This document shows positions 25,272 to 39,613 of a DNA stretch of 64,000 bases, one piece after another (within the stretch, counting starts at the first letter, position 1; each line of letters opens with the position of its first letter). A program made the translations under genes and the position numbers. Under the pieces are notes generated by a model. That model had not been told where the DNA came from. It ran no database searches and saw only the letters and a list, made by a program, of their open reading frames with translations. The DNA comes from Lama guanicoe (lineage: Eukaryota), in NCBI GenBank assembly GCA_013239625.1, contig MU054220.1, forward strand, positions 7,289,367 to 7,353,366, in the 5' to 3' direction.

Positions 25272-28200
25272 TCCTCTTAGTTTCCTTTCCTTATTTCTGG
25301 GAAGTCATTCCCGTACTCTTAAAGGTCCCATTCTTTAATGTCAAGAGGACATAAAAAAAATCAACAACACGTGAAAATAACTACCACTAGTCGGTGCTTA
25401 TCATGTGTCAAGCACAGTGTAAACCATTTTAATGCATTGCCTCCTTCAATTAGTGAGTCTAGCAGAAAAAACAGCCCCCTATCCGTGAGTCTCTAGATGA
25501 TTCTAGTCACCACTGGAATTTTATTGATAAGCTCTTGACTGCTTCTCTGAGTTCTAATATCTGAATCTTTTAAAGACAAGTTTAAGGCTGAGCTTCTCAC
25601 TGACTTTATTTCAGGGTTTTTTATTTATTTATAATAAATATTTATTCCATTACTTCTGCATTAAGTAAATGACATCAGCATGAAGAAAGAACGAAGGGCT
25701 GGACAATTAGTTTCTGATCAGGTTTGATCGTTAATTACTAAACTCTGCCAAACAATATAAAAATTAATTCTTAATTCTAGAAAACCTTTTTCAGAAGCTT
25801 TTTTTTTTAAATGGCTTTTACAAATAGTCTGTTCTTTTTAGTATAAGGTATTGTAGATATCTTCATTGAAAAGCCTTTTCCAAAATAAGCTTTGGGAGAG
25901 CAAATATGAATGTAACAGTCCGGATAAAAGAAGCCTTGACTCACTTTCTCAGGATATATTCTGTGCCTCTCACACCTCAGAAAAAAAGAGTTCATTAACA
26001 TGCAAGAGGCTCTGAGAAGTCCTGCAAGAAAGGAATCCACTTTACTTTAACACAAATGATCCCCCCAAAGTTTGTAATCACAGACATTCTCTTTAGATTA
26101 TACTTCTTCCTTTGTGAACAAAAACACTCTCATTGTGGTTGGGAAGATAAAGTGAGCCTGAAATTTCCAGAGGCACAAGCATAAATTCTCAGGTAAACTC
26201 CCACCTTGTGGTCAGTTAGAATGTGTCTCTGTTGCATGCCTTGGATTTCTAATTTCTTAACCACAAAACATCCTTACCGTAGACTTTGGATTTCTCTTAG
26301 CATCTTTGGAAGCTTGGAGACATTAGCATACCTTTTGTTGCACCTCAGAGATATTTCTGGCATGTTCTCCCTTCTCTTATCTCCCTTTTCACCCATCCTC
26401 TTTTCCTTTTCTTCTCTAGTTATTTCTACTTTTTCTTGTCTCTTAATGTAGCTGCACAGGGAGGTCCTATGCCCCTTTAGTTCCCTGTGCAATGAGTAGC
26501 TTACTTTCACTGAAGATATAATTTTGAGGCCTTGATTTAAAATAGGCACTGCAGATGTCTCCTCTAAGTGAGCCCTTGAAAGCATCTCCTTGGGTGCACG
26601 AGGATCTTTGCTTTTGTATTTACCACCGGGACAGAGTTAGCATCCAAATTAATGTGCAGCTATGACTGCACTGGAACAAAGCAGGGATTGTGTGATGACT
26701 CATTGGGTAAACTGTTTCTACTTCCTTTCAATAAGTCATGTGTGTGTATTGGGTCACAGGAGGATAGACAGAAATATTCATAAGCAGAAGCCCACTCTCA
26801 CGTATCACCCGTTACAGGTAGCGTTTTAGTGCTATTGACACTCACGGTCGGAAGGGGCCTCGTTCAACAGAACCTCACAGGCAGACATCTCTGGGACCAC
26901 TAGATGGATTCTATTATTGTACAGCCAGGCTAGCATCACCAGCTTATCCTCAACACAAAAGAAATTAAATGCATCTCATAACTAAAGTCTAGCATTAGCT
27001 TGTGTCTCCAAAGGGAAGGACAATTAGAAAGTCCCCAAATTCACATCTTAATAATACAGCAGTAATCAATGCTAGTCAAGGGTTCGAGACAAAATGACCT
27101 GGTTTTGTATATAATTAGTGCCTAAAAGGAAATGGTGTGACGTGTGAATTTTACCAGTGATGTTGCGTTTATGTCTTTTTTTGTTAAGTGGGAGACCAGA
27201 CTTGATCAAGAGTTATAGGGTGAGATTCATAGTAGGTAATAGGTTGTAACTCTTTACAACAGAAAGATAAACTTGTTGCAACTGACAAACATGTGTTTTT
27301 TTTTCCCCCCAGTGGTAAACCTACACATTGAGCAGGCTTTAGCAAATCAAAGTATCACACTGCAAATACGGACATATATATGTGTACTATGTAGGTACAC
27401 AGACTTTTATAAACCTAACGTACAAAAAGAGCACACCTCAATGGTAAACATTTGCTAAGTAAGTGGATAAATTTATTTCAGATGATCTTCATACCTTAGG
27501 GCTGACTGTCCCCCCTTCTCAAGTACTTACACATTAAAACTTTATCTTGTATAAACATTGATCCCCTAGGCAGAGTTTTAAAATAACGTATATGTGTATT
27601 AACATTTTTTATCCTCTCCTGTGCTGGAATTTCTCTCTTATATCATAATATTGAAACTGTTTCTATGGAAAGAACTGTTCACCAAGTGATTGGCAAATGA
27701 GCTAGTTAACAGGATACATGAATTCTTTTGGGAATCTAGGGCCCTAATATTACTATGTCCCCCCCAAAAATAACTCTCAATATTGTATGGTTTCAGGACC
27801 TTATATTTACAAATGTAAATGCATATAAATGAATGTAAGTCCAAGGGCGTGCATACTGTTTAGTTTTTATAGCGATTTTGAATGACAGCACTGCAAGGCA
27901 ACGTTATTTTGTGAAAGTCAAGGGTTAGAATTGCTCACGCAAAAATGAAAGGGACAAAACTGTAGTAAATCTGAGGCCCGGGGTGACCACAGGCTACACC
28001 CTTATGTGAGGTAATGTGAAGGTGGTGGCTTTTAATTAAAATGGAACCGCTGTGTCACTGCAGCACTGATTTGATTTTGCCTGCCTGCCCTGCTCAGAAA
28101 TTATAGATTTAAAAGATGTAATTAACAGAAAATTAAAGATTCTCCTTCATTCTTAGTTTTGTATAAAGGATCCCTGCTCCTTTCGGCTCCCAGCTCCTAC

Positions 28201-28412
28201 TCCTCAGCTGGTGTGGAGCCTTTTAAGTTGCGTTTTCACACCACATGAGTCAAGGACATTAATTAGCAAAGCCTGGCTGTGATCATTAACTCTGATATGA
28301 GGTTTCTGTTCCCCATCTGACCCTTCACAGAACAGGAGCATATGATGGACTGGAAGGCAGGGAGCCTTTTTGTCCTCTGTGCTTCCAGCTTTAATAAGCT
28401 TCGAAAGGGGCA

Positions 28413-28536
28413 GGGGGAGGGGATAGCTCAGTGGTAGAGCGCATGCTCAGCATGCACGAGGTCCTCAGTTCAATCCCCAGTACCTATTGTTAAAAAATAA
28501 ACAAGCCTAATTACCTTCCCCGCCCCTGCCCCCTGA
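28413..28536 (+). mobile_element. tRNA-Ala-derived SINE (Vic-1-like)
   Basis: 'ggggaggggatagctcagtggtagagcgcatgctcagcatgcacgaggtcc...gttcaatcccc...cctaattacc'; degenerate TSD aataagcttcga / aataagctccaa. Confidence 0.9.
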
Positions 28537-29854
28537 AATAAGCTCCAAGGAAGTCCCCTGCATACTGTGGAGTTCTTCAGGATCCTTGTCTTCTATTTAA
28601 CGTGACCAATCAACACAGATGTGAATTGGCTTCGTGGACTGGAAGCATCATAGGGTTTGGACCCAAACCGGAGTGAATCCTAAAGAGCCAGATCGTGTCT
28701 GTTCCTCTGTCCACTGTACGTCCCTATCCAGAGCCCCTTTCCTTTTCACTCGTTGCCACATGAACCCAATCTAAATGGCTTTCCCCCCAGTTTTAGTCTT
28801 TTAATGAACATGCACAACTTGTCATTCTCACCCTAAACAATACCATTCAAGCACCATTTTAATTTTGCCAAGAGCCCTGGAGAAACATCCAGCCCTCATT
28901 AAAACCAGTTTCCTCTCCAGTCACGTCCCCTCTTTCATTTCCTGATTTTAAACTTCCTTTCCTTGGGAAAGAATATTGTGCCTAAGTAGGCTGGAAGTCA
29001 CGTGGCCCCCACTCAAGAATCTGCCCTTTACTACTCTGCATTAATATGAATTTGACCAGGGCTCCAGTACTAATCTGCACCTTACCCTGTTATTCATCCC
29101 TTTGTTTTTCCCATGCTGCCTTCCCAGCACTTTTCCAGAGCCCTTTTTGTCATAGAATGTCACCACGAGTCATTTCTGTGGGTAAATGTGTCTCAAACTA
29201 GACAATGGGGAAGTACCGAGGCCCGCCTTCTTCTAGTGGCTTCTGAAATTTTTCCTTCGTGCCTTGTATTAGTGACTAATCTTCACGTTGACACATTATC
29301 CAAACATAACATCACATGTTTACAAACATCTTAGCTGGAATTAATTAAATCAAGGGGTGTAAAAATAGCTATTAATTATCATCTTCATCCCCATTATTTG
29401 GGGAATATGCAAATGAGCAATATTTTCCATTCCACATCTTCACTGATACACAGTGCTACCACTTCCTACATCTGCTACAATCTGATGAAGAAAAAGGGTT
29501 GAAATAGAGTCTGTGTGCTTTCAAGGAAAATCTCTGATTTGGAAGACAGCAGTTTTCCTTGTTGTGGGAGCAATTTGCAGAATTCTAGGCTGGATGCTGG
29601 GTGGAAAGTTCTAGATCTTCTGGCAATTCGCCAGGAGTGATAAGACCAAAGGTTGGTGTTACTGAGGAATATATAGTGGACTTGCTTTAATTGCACTCTG
29701 GGATTCCTCTGTTGAAATGCCCGTTCACTTGACTGATGTGGAATCAGCGAAGCCTCTGGTCCAAGGGGTCACAATGCAGGGAGAGCATCTGGAGGAGGCA
29801 TCAGTGAGCCAGGGATGCTGCTGTGTGAACTTCCATCACGTGAATGCTGCAGCA

Positions 29855-30070
29855 GTAACTTTGACCCTTTCTGACTGCAACCCATAATAAAAGCACATTT
29901 TCTATCTCAACCCTGTTATAAGCATATATTGGTAACTCCATTCTAAACGCATACAATTTTCAGTATACAATGCACTCTGAGAGCCTCTGTCATTTTATTT
30001 AATGCAGATCATGATCCGTAAGTTGATTTTATGACCAACTAGTGGTCAATACCCAGTTTGAAAAACCGTT
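29855..30070. mobile_element. Old hAT-Charlie-type DNA transposon fragment
   Basis: 'tgactgcaacccataataaaag...tggtcaatacccagtttgaaaaac' resembles hAT MITE ends; subfamily not determined. Confidence 0.45.
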
Positions 30071-30269
30071 TTCTTATAGGGCTGCAGTGACTTGTTCAGC
30101 TCACGTTCGTATGCATTCTCCTGTGTGACCATCACAGCTGCCTGATGCTATGCGAGTCTGAACATTTTTATATTAATACTTAATATTCTAACAAGAAAAG
30201 CACACATATCAGAAGCGTCCGTGGGGACCCCAGGAACGATCACTAGCCTGACGTCTAGGGGCCTGGATT

Positions 30270-30700
30270 GTTTGCCTGTTTATGTTACAGCCATTGTTTT
30301 TGTACTTTATAGAAATCACAGGTTACTCTTCTGTATCTAACATCTTCCGTTTGCACTGTATTTGTGAGATTCACTCATGTTGTCGTGAGACTACTAAGTG
30401 TGAGATTGCTCGTGCTCATTTCTACATCGTGTTCTTCTGGGTGCTTAAGTACAGCTTACCCATTTGTTTGTCATTCGTCTCTGCGGCAGTTCTGGCTTGG
30501 CCCATAAGGACTAAATAATGCTGCCATAAACATTCTAGCACGTGCCTTTGGTAAACCATGGACGCGTTTGTGTTGGTGGTGGAGACCTAGGACCGGAATG
30601 ATGGGGTCACAGGGCATGAACATGTTCAGCTTTATGGAAGACAACCAATCAGTGGTCTAAAGTGGGTGAACCCATTTATGCTCCTCCCAGTAGTGGGATG
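30270..30700 (-). mobile_element. Ancient LINE-1 (L1M-type) fragment
   Basis: 'gtatttgtgagattcactcatgttgt...aataatgctgccataaacattctag...acctaggaccggaatgatggggtcacagggcatg'. Confidence 0.75.
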
Positions 30701-30709
30701 GTTTTAAGC

Positions 30710-30840
30710 CTTAGTATCCAGTTCATTTTTACATAGGAAAAACAAGACTCGGGACTGAAGCTGGTTACTGAAGTCACAGAGCTAAGATGTGATAGAATTA
30801 GAACTAATCCTGGATAGCGGAGTCCAAAGTCAGTGGTTTT
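30710..30840 (-). mobile_element. MIR SINE fragment
   Basis: 'catttttacataggaaaaacaagactc...gtcacagagctaag...agtccaaagtcagtg'. Confidence 0.65.
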
Positions 30841-30932
30841 GTTTGTTTGGTTTTCCTTTCTGTTTCTCATTAACATTTATGAAGGCCTTTAAAGAGCTCA
30901 TTTCGCCTTTTTTTCATCTTCTCCGGGTCCCC

Positions 30933-31190
30933 TCACATACATGAACACACAGACACATCACACACTCTGCTCTCTGTGTAGATACACACATAGACTCCCT
31001 CAACACGCATACACAGACACAAATGAACAATGGCATACACACAGACGCGTGCACCCAGAGACACAGAGGCACGTGCAGACCCAGACACTTACCGACATAG
31101 ACACACAGATACACATACACGTATACACATACATAGCTGTGGACATGGAGACACATGCAAACACGTACACTGATACACATTCATAGACAC
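30933..31190. repeat. Degenerate CA-rich low-complexity tract
   Basis: About 260 bp of interrupted caca/cata/caga units. Confidence 0.9.
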
Positions 31191-31206
31191 AAGTACGTTA
31201 ATTGTC

Positions 31207-31291
31207 TTTTTTTAATGGGGCTACTGGGGATTGAACCCAGGACCTCCTACATGCTAAGCACGCACTCTACCACTGAGCTATACCTTCCCCC
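31207..31291 (-). mobile_element. tRNA-Ala-derived SINE (Vic-1-like), short
   Basis: Reverse complement reads 'ggggaaggtatagctcagtggtagagtgcgtgcttagcatgtaggaggtcctgggttcaatcccc' plus an A tail. Confidence 0.9.
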
Positions 31292-31619
31292 AACAAGTAC
31301 TTTGATATACTTGGTTACATGCCATGGTTTTTCATATTTCATACTTTGACCAACAGAAAAACAAACTCTTTAAGATTATAGCTGCATGATGCATGGATTC
31401 TCCATAAATATGTGTGTATAGGCTTAGTTTTGGAGTGATTTGATTTTTCTATTTTTAAGTTTTCTGGAGAAGTACATTTACACCCTACTTTATAGTAACA
31501 TGTTCTAAGTAACATTTCCTATTCGTATTCTGCTGAATTATTCAGAGGAGATACTTTTGTCAATGATTGAAAGGCAGGCTCTACAATTTGGAGAGATAAG
31601 GAAGGAAAAAAATATATAT

Positions 31620-32209
31620 ATACTTAGTTTTTTATTGCTATATAACAAATAACTACAAATGTATTAACTTAAAACAGCATACATTTATTATCTCAGTTTT
31701 GGGACAGGATTCTGGACACAGCTTGATGGGGTCCTGAGCTCAGGGTCTCAAAAACCTGCCAGCATGGCATCGGCCAGGCTCTAGGTAGAGCTTGGGGGTC
31801 TTTTACAGGCTTAAGTAATTATTGGCAGAATTTAATTCCTTATAGCTTAGGACTCAGGCCCTGGCTTTCTTGCTGGCTGTCAGCCGGGTCACACACTCAG
31901 CCCCTTGTAGTTCTTTGCCCCATCACCCTTTCACAACCAGCAGCTTAGTTCTCGAAGGTCTGCAGAGGAATCTCTTGCTCCAGTCTCCTAAGGCAGATCT
32001 TACTTAACGTTATGTAATCGTAGGCCTGACCTCCCATCACCTTTGCTGGGTGTGTAATGTACCCTAATCCACATAGCGACTGTCCTACCACTTCTGCCAT
32101 TTTTTTTTTCAATTGGCTGGAAGCAAGTTATTCGTACCACTCATACTCAAAGAGCGGAGCGAGTATACAGTGGTGTGGCTCGGGGTCATCTTAGAATTGT
32201 GCCTGCCAT
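31620..32209 (-). mobile_element. MaLR (older MLT1-type) LTR
   Basis: 'ttagttttttattgctatataacaaat...cttaaaacagcatacatttattatctcagttt...tttcttgctggctgtcagcc...tcttagaattgtgcctgcca'. Confidence 0.8.
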
Positions 32210-35200
32210 GCGTGGCTTGTGAATGTCCTTTTATGCGGTACTTCTAACCATGTGGCCATAATTGCTGGTATGCTATAATGATCAGTATCTACTCATGGGA
32301 CGTGAAGACTGTAGAAGCAACTTGCAGTCTAGTTAGTACATAACAACATACCGAATTTTAGAATAGACACATATTCACACATACATGGATTCAAAGACGC
32401 ATGTATAGTTCTTTTTAATTTCACACCATATCATACACTGGAATCAGCAGCAATTCAGTCTATACACTTGATCCCTTGCCACCAAATGCCTTTGTAGTGT
32501 AGGTCTTTTCCACCCAGTGACTTCTTTAAGAGGGAGTTCATATCACCTTACTCTCACCTCCAGTACGAATGAGAAGAGATTCAGAACATCAAAGGAGGTG
32601 GTGACTCCGTTTGAAAGCCAGCGCGCTTTGTTCTAAACCCTCTGAAAGGCAGCCAATGCTTATTAAAATCAAATCTTCGAGATAATGTGAAGCCACCCTT
32701 CTCTCTGGGCTGTATTATAAAATCTGGTTCAAAAGAGATCGAAAACTTTTAATGGGTGTAAATGTTCCGGCACATGGCATGGTGGACTGGGCATGGACAA
32801 GAGGCGCTGGGCTTCCTGGGAAGGATGCCGAGCACTGGCGTAAGGGGACCACTGTGAGGACTTTCCTTGCTTGGCTCTCGGACAGATAGCATGCCTGCAT
32901 AATCAGGACGAGGTGCAATATGCCTGCTGCCCTTTAACAAAACTGCAGTAGGAGACAAAAGACACAAGAGGTAGGTAGCGGACATGATGAGAGGGATAAT
33001 GGAGCCTCTAGATGAGGTGAGATGGCAAATGAGAGCATCTCATCCGGAAAGGCTCAGAGTACACTGGGAGTTCGGTGCTATTTCGTGAAAATGATCACAG
33101 GAAAGGCCGCCCAAGCCTTTCTTTCTGAGAGGGTGCTTGGAAGTACGTGTTAAAGTGCCTCCTCTTTGGATGTGGACAGCCGGGACGACGGACCTGGTTC
33201 TGCTACCTTCCAGCTTTGACAGAATAACTGAACTTTATTAAGTCACCGTTCCCTTATCATGGGAGTGGATATAAATTACGTACCTTACATAAAGCGTTTG
33301 TTATGGTGTGTGGCCCTAAAAACACAACAGCAAAACAAGGAAATGAGCGGAAGAACTTGTGGCTACAGAGATGGTAGAACCCTTGCAGGTTTCTCCAAGT
33401 AACTCATTATCAAATGTGGGGGTGGGTGGTTGGTACTCAGGCAGAAGAATAACTGCAGAGCGACCTCCTAACCCCTACAACAGTGATGGGAAGTCCCAGC
33501 CTTCAAGAGGGATCAGAGATCAAGAGAGATCAGACAGGTGATCCCTCGCTCTGCCACTTACCCTAGATGCCAAGGAGGCAGTCTTTTCGTTCCACTGATG
33601 CCTCTTTCTCTAATTCTGTCCCCCAAGTTATTAGAATTCATTTTCTTTTAACCTTTCCACCAAAGAAAGATGGCAAAAGGGAAGCATCAGTGAAGAGGGT
33701 TTGCAACTGGGATGCTTATGAGCTAATGAAGGTCAAACAGACTGGGTCCCTGGAGAGGAGACAACAGAACTGGGACCTGGAAATGACATCTGGGATAATA
33801 ATGGTCAAATGGTCAGTCTCTCTCTCTCTCCCCCCCCACTTTCTCTCTCTCTTCTCCCCCGCCACCCCCAGGAACCAGTTTTCCAGACAATAGATGTCTT
33901 CAGACGGTGACGATGAATAAGAAGTTAAATCATTGAAACCATGAATATGATCCATTGTTCACTTGCACTCATTCATGAATATTTAAAGTACTGCGTTCTC
34001 AGCCAAACTGGAGTCTTTATAGAGTTTTTCTAGACTCAAGAGAGAAAATGTTTGGGAAAAAAATCCTACCTTTTCTGCATCTGCTTTCCATTTCTTTTCC
34101 TCATCGTCCGCAGTGGTTTCTAGGATTGCAATAACGAGGAAAGGGACAAAACTTTGAGCATGTCACAGTCTCAGTTACTTCTATTTTCTATTTCTAGCTC
34201 AGAACAGAGCATAAAATATGTGACAGTATTTTCCAATCAGCTGGTATGGCCGGTATGGGGACGTATGAGTGGGAGCAAAAGACCTCTTATCAGGGTCAGG
34301 TTTGTCCACATAACTTAAGCAATTAACATCTGGCTTTTATTAATTAATAATACTCCAAAATTGCATTTCTCTTAGCTTGCCAGCTTTGAAAGGCCACCAA
34401 GAGCCTACGTTTCTTACAAACTTAAAGTTGGGAGAAACATGCAAATTGGCTATTCTGCAACCTTTTAACCAGTCAGGTCAGCTGACTACTCTTTCTCACA
34501 TGGAACTGATATGTCGTAGACTCTCATGAAGACAGTCAAGAAAGGGGAAATATGGGGCACACAGTAAAACGCAGCAACCAAACAAGCCAAAAGAGCCATA
34601 TGAACCCTGCATTCAGTCAAATCATACCATAATTTTTTTTTGGTCAAATATTTTATATAAAACACGAGAACTCACAGAGCTTTGTTGCCTAACCAGCAGT
34701 GCTCCACTGAAATGGGAGAGACCGCTTTCAGTGCCTCAGTTTTCACTGAAAGTATTTACTGTTTTGTATTTCCCTAACCCCAACTCCGTAGATGCAAAGA
34801 CGTACTTTTTTAAATCTCGTTCTTCCAGAGCCTTGAAATTGTTCAACAGAGTTGTTTTCTTTCCAGAATATATGACAGGATGCTGTACCTCTAATTTTCA
34901 AGTAACTTCTGAACGTACCCTTCTTTTGTGAGTTCTTTTAGAAATGCCAGATACTTTTGAAATATTTAAATATTGGGAATTATTTGTTGCTGATTAAAAA
35001 ATAATTTCTCTCTGTTAATTTGGGAGCCCTATTCCCAAGTTAATGAATGTTTTATTCAACGGCCATTGTCTTCAGTATCAATCACTAGCAAAATGTGAAG
35101 CATAGCCAGAAAGAAATGAGGTTAAAATTTGAAATTCAAAATCTGAGAGATTTATACCTCAAATTTCGAACTCTGAACCCCATGATTCTGAAATCAGTAA

Positions 35201-36439
35201 AATTATTGTAACCATTATGTTGCACGAATACAAACTATAGATGTAATCATAAGGTAATTTTATTTATTTCCACCCGATTAAAATTTATTCATTGAGACTA
35301 GTTTTGTTTCTGCCCCTAGATGAAAACTTTCTGGAAATACTTATGTAATTATAAGGCACTGTGGTAAGTAACTGACATAGCCAAATTTATAATATTTAAA
35401 ACTGTGAGTTTATTTTAATATTGAGATTCCTGCCTTCCCCAACACAGGCTTGGTTTGGGGTAGGAAGCCTGACATCGCAGACCAGGGTGTAGACATTTTT
35501 TTTATTGCCACCTACTTCTGTATTCCTCCTCCTCTCCCACTGCCTGCTCTGCCTGCTCTCCTTTGTTGAATCATGGTAAGAGGGGACCAGAACAGCTTTC
35601 GCTTGCCTGGTGCTGTCTTGAGTTGGCATCAACATCTTTGGGTTTGCCAGACATTAGAAATTGACTTTCTCATGATGGCTTTTCATATGTATGTGTTCTT
35701 TGGTGACCCAGTCTCCCTACCCCCGCATCTCCTGACACCCCTCCCCAAATTGGCCTTGCTGAGAGCGAGGCTCTCTTCCTTGAAACATCACTCCCTCCTT
35801 CTTCAGCCCCTAGGCATCCAGACAGATTGGCCGATTCCTTCTGGTAAGCTGTTTACTTCTGCAAGCAAATCTCTTGCAGAGATTCTAAAATATCTTCAAG
35901 GCTCTCTCATCAGCTCCCTCCTATGTGTGAACAAGCTTTGGTCTCTTGCCTTCGAGATTTTTCAGACAACCCTCCTATGTCTGCTCTACTCTGCCACCAC
36001 AGCCCTAGCTTCAGTCTTGACGTGAGCGACAAGCATCCTTCTGTAATCTTCTCTTTCGGGCCAATGATGGTAAGTCACAGCCCACTGACAACTCGCTCGA
36101 AGACTTTCCTCTAATAACCTTCTTAAAACCCCTCTTTACTAAAATGAGGGTTAGGACGTAAGACCCACCATTTCCCTTAAGAGTGGGACTCATACGGTAT
36201 AGTTCTCTCCAAAGAAATCTTCTTCATGTGCTTTCTCTGCTCCATTGATGCCTTTGCTCTGCGTAAGAGGCTGTGAGCTGTGCAGCCACTTACGACTCCC
36301 TCCACTGTACATCTGCACTCCCTTTGGAATGTATCGTCTACTGTGTCTTTGTTCCTTGGCTAGAGCCTCCATTTCAATATTCTTTCATTCTTATAATAAT
36401 ACCTAGAGGTGTAGTTTTGGTACGGATTTCATGAAGACA

Positions 36440-36760
36440 TCGAAAGCATTCATTTTTTAAATTTAATAATTATTTGAATGACTTATCATGCACCAAATAT
36501 TATAAATATTATTCTAGGCTCAGCAAATAAGATCGTGAACAAGCTGTGTAAAGTTCTTCCACTCATGAATGTTATAGTCTTCTGAAGGCAAGAATATAGT
36601 TTTAAAAAGAGAAAACTAAATTTTGAAAATGTAGTTTCAGAGAAAGAATATGAGTCAGTGTGTGCAAGTGAGTCGGGGGTCCTTCTAGGAAAGCGTGTGA
36701 AGGAAAAGCTGTGAGAAAGTGACACTTGTACAGGAGTTATTCAGATTAATTGAGAATGAT
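36440..36760 (-). mobile_element. LINE-2 3' fragment
   Basis: 'cattcatt...ttatttgaatgacttatcatgcacc...attctaggctcag' pattern. Confidence 0.55.
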
Positions 36761-38046
36761 TCAGTTTACACTGTGGAATAAAAAATATATACATTTTAAT
36801 ATACGTAAGTGCATCTGGAGAACTATAAACAGTACGCAATGGAAAATTTCGTATGCATTTCCTGTTCTTCCTTCCTGAGGACTTGGGAAGAAACTCTTAC
36901 GTCTTTGAGGGAAGATTTCCTGGTCTGATTCAGTCAGGCTCCCCGTTTTCCTCTCCAGTGGGTCCCACACAGCTGGGCTGCACTGGGATGTTTGTGACCT
37001 TGTATCAGGGCTCTTAATACGTTTGTTGACTATTCTTAGTCTCCGCTAATGAGATCGCTCAGAGTTCACTCTGAGTATCACATCTTAATCACTTGATTTC
37101 TGCAGACGTTTCTTTTCTCCAAATCAACTCTTCAAAATGCCTACTGCTCTGTGCTCATTAACCTGGGAATGGCTTCTCTAACTTCGATCTGAACATTTTT
37201 CTCCAACATCTGAGACATCTGTCCTGATCAGGATTCTCCAAGCAGTAACAATGGGAAGAGGGTTGTAGGCTCTTGAGTGTGAAAAAAAGAAAACAAAAAA
37301 AAAATCAATGACCAAATTTCCATCTGCATTTTTTTCTTTATGTGGAAGTACGGACTTCACTCTCTCGCAGTGTAGCATAATTAAGATCTTCCCCATCTCC
37401 ACTGTCTGCTCGATTCCACTTAATCATTTCATGCTCAATAGGGTTTAGGTGACTTAGAGATAACAAAATAATTAGTCAGTGAGTAAATGAATGAGTAAAG
37501 AGATGAATATTCATCAACTGACAAGTGTTTTTTTTTTCTTATGCTTTTCTCTTACTCTTAACCCACAATTAATATGATGCAAGCTTCATGATAAAGACAG
37601 CAGCCCTCATTTAAAAACACACAATATAAGAATAGGACCAAATGTCAGTATAAACGTGTACATTTCTTTCACGTGCTGGTGGATATTAAGTTGGTGACCT
37701 GTATTTTTACACAGTTGCCACTTTGATGGGTCACAGAAAAGATCTCTCAGGTGCACAGATGTCCTAGTCCAGGGCCAGAGAGCAGCAGCTCCCCGTCACC
37801 CTCACTGTGGCCAAATTTCACACGCCCGGGGATATATTCTCTTGTTTTAAGCTTGCTCTAGTAAGGCTATTTCTAAATACTGTTTGTTTTGGAATGCCAA
37901 ATCCTAGATTTCTCTTTGCTCTTAAGAGACAAGAGAATAAATTACAAACCATAATTGATAAATTGAAAATGTAGCTGCAGATACAGGTCATTTCTGATGT
38001 TGAAATCACTCTGAAAAAGTGAGCTTATTTAAAAATAAACTTGACA

Positions 38047-38359
38047 GAAACAGACTCATAGACATAGAATACAAACTTGTGGTTGCCAGGGGGAGGCGGG
38101 GTGGGAAGGGACAGACTGGGAGTTCGAAATTTGTAGATACTGATAGGCATATGTAGACTAGGTAAACAAGATTATACCATATAGCACAGGGAACTATATA
38201 CAAGTTCTTGTGGTGGCTCACAGGGAAAAATAATGCAACAATGAATATATGTGTGTTCATGTATAACTGAAAAATTGTGCTCTACACTGGAAATTGACAC
38301 AACATTGTAAACTGACTATAACGCAATAAAAACATTAAAAATTAAAAATTTAAATAAAT
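38047..38359 (+). mobile_element. Young-looking LINE-1 3' end with perfect TSD
   Basis: 'gaaacagactcatagacatagaatacaaacttgtggttgccagggg...atagcacaggggaactata...aataaa' plus A-rich tail; perfect 14-bp TSD aaataaacttgaca at 38033-38046 and 38360-38373. Confidence 0.93.
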
Positions 38360-39613
38360 AAATAAACTTGACAAACACTTAGCAGAAAAAATTACTGTGT
38401 GGATGCTCTGGAATGTCTTATGGGAACAGCGCACATTGGAACAGCCCAATGTAGGGAATAATGACAGGGACTTCATGAAGCCTTGTTCCTCCTCCAGAAT
38501 CCAGGACTATATTATAGGCCTCGAGCTACATTCCCATACAATGGCTCACTCAGCATGAAAAGGTGGCCTTCATCAAGAGAGTCCACCCGATAGACTACGG
38601 CAGAATGCCATCTCCTGTCTCTGACTTCACTGAGACGCGCAGACACTCTAACACTCAGCCCTCTATCAGAACTTCAACCTGATGGGGAAGATAAATTATA
38701 CTTGACTTGAAGTCATCATTTCTTCAGAAGACGTTAACTGTAAGAATGGGTATTACTTTGTTTAAACCAATCTCTCCGTGTATTCAGAAGAGGTCCCTGA
38801 AGGAGAAAGTTAATCTAGAAAGTACAGGTCTCTAGAGGTTTAAGTCCAGAATACACGCAGGCCACTGAAGTGGTAACTGTTGTGCAATTAGGCCCTGAAA
38901 CTTTGTCAGACCTGTTCCCATAGTGTCGTCTTCACCCGAAGAAAACGCAGAGTCTCTGGCATTCCAGAGTGTAGCCTGAATGGTGTACCATTTTCAGGGT
39001 ATGACCGATCCCTTAGGTTCTGCTGGGATGCCCCAGGGAACTGCATAGGAATGGGAAAGAGTTGGAGCAGCCTTGTTTCAAAACACCGAGCAGGACAGAC
39101 TCTTAAAGTGAAATGAGATGAGGCACAACTAGCCGTAAGGACAGGGACAAGGGCCAGACTAACAGAGAAGGTGATATTTTCAAAAGCTAAGGAGGTGGAG
39201 GTGATCCCTTGATACAGATGCACTTGCAGGCACATGGGACACATGGCAGAGGGGAGTTCAGGAACAGATGACACTTGGACCGCTACATTGGTGGATGGCA
39301 GAAGGCAACTTTTTGGTTTCTCTTACCATCATCCCCATATTCCTAAGCAAATATTCTTGATACTTACCTCCAGAACAGCCCCTTGATTTTCTAATTCTCT
39401 CTACTCCTGCTCTGCCACTTAGGACTCAGCCATCTCTCCCATACACTCCAGATCTGCTCTTGGTCCCTTCAATCAGTTCTCATACTAGCAGAGTGATGGT
39501 TTAAAAGTCTAGGTAAGCCTGTGTTATTTTCCAGCGTGAAAGTCTGCAAGAGCTTGCCACTGCATATGGAACGCAAAGAAACTTCTTGCCCTGCCCTTTC
39601 AGACCTAACTCTC

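Noticed and set aside
8396..31291. tRNA-Ala genes at the four SINE positions
   Set aside because: Degenerate acceptor stems, SINE-specific tails, A-rich ends and TSDs show they are retroposed SINEs
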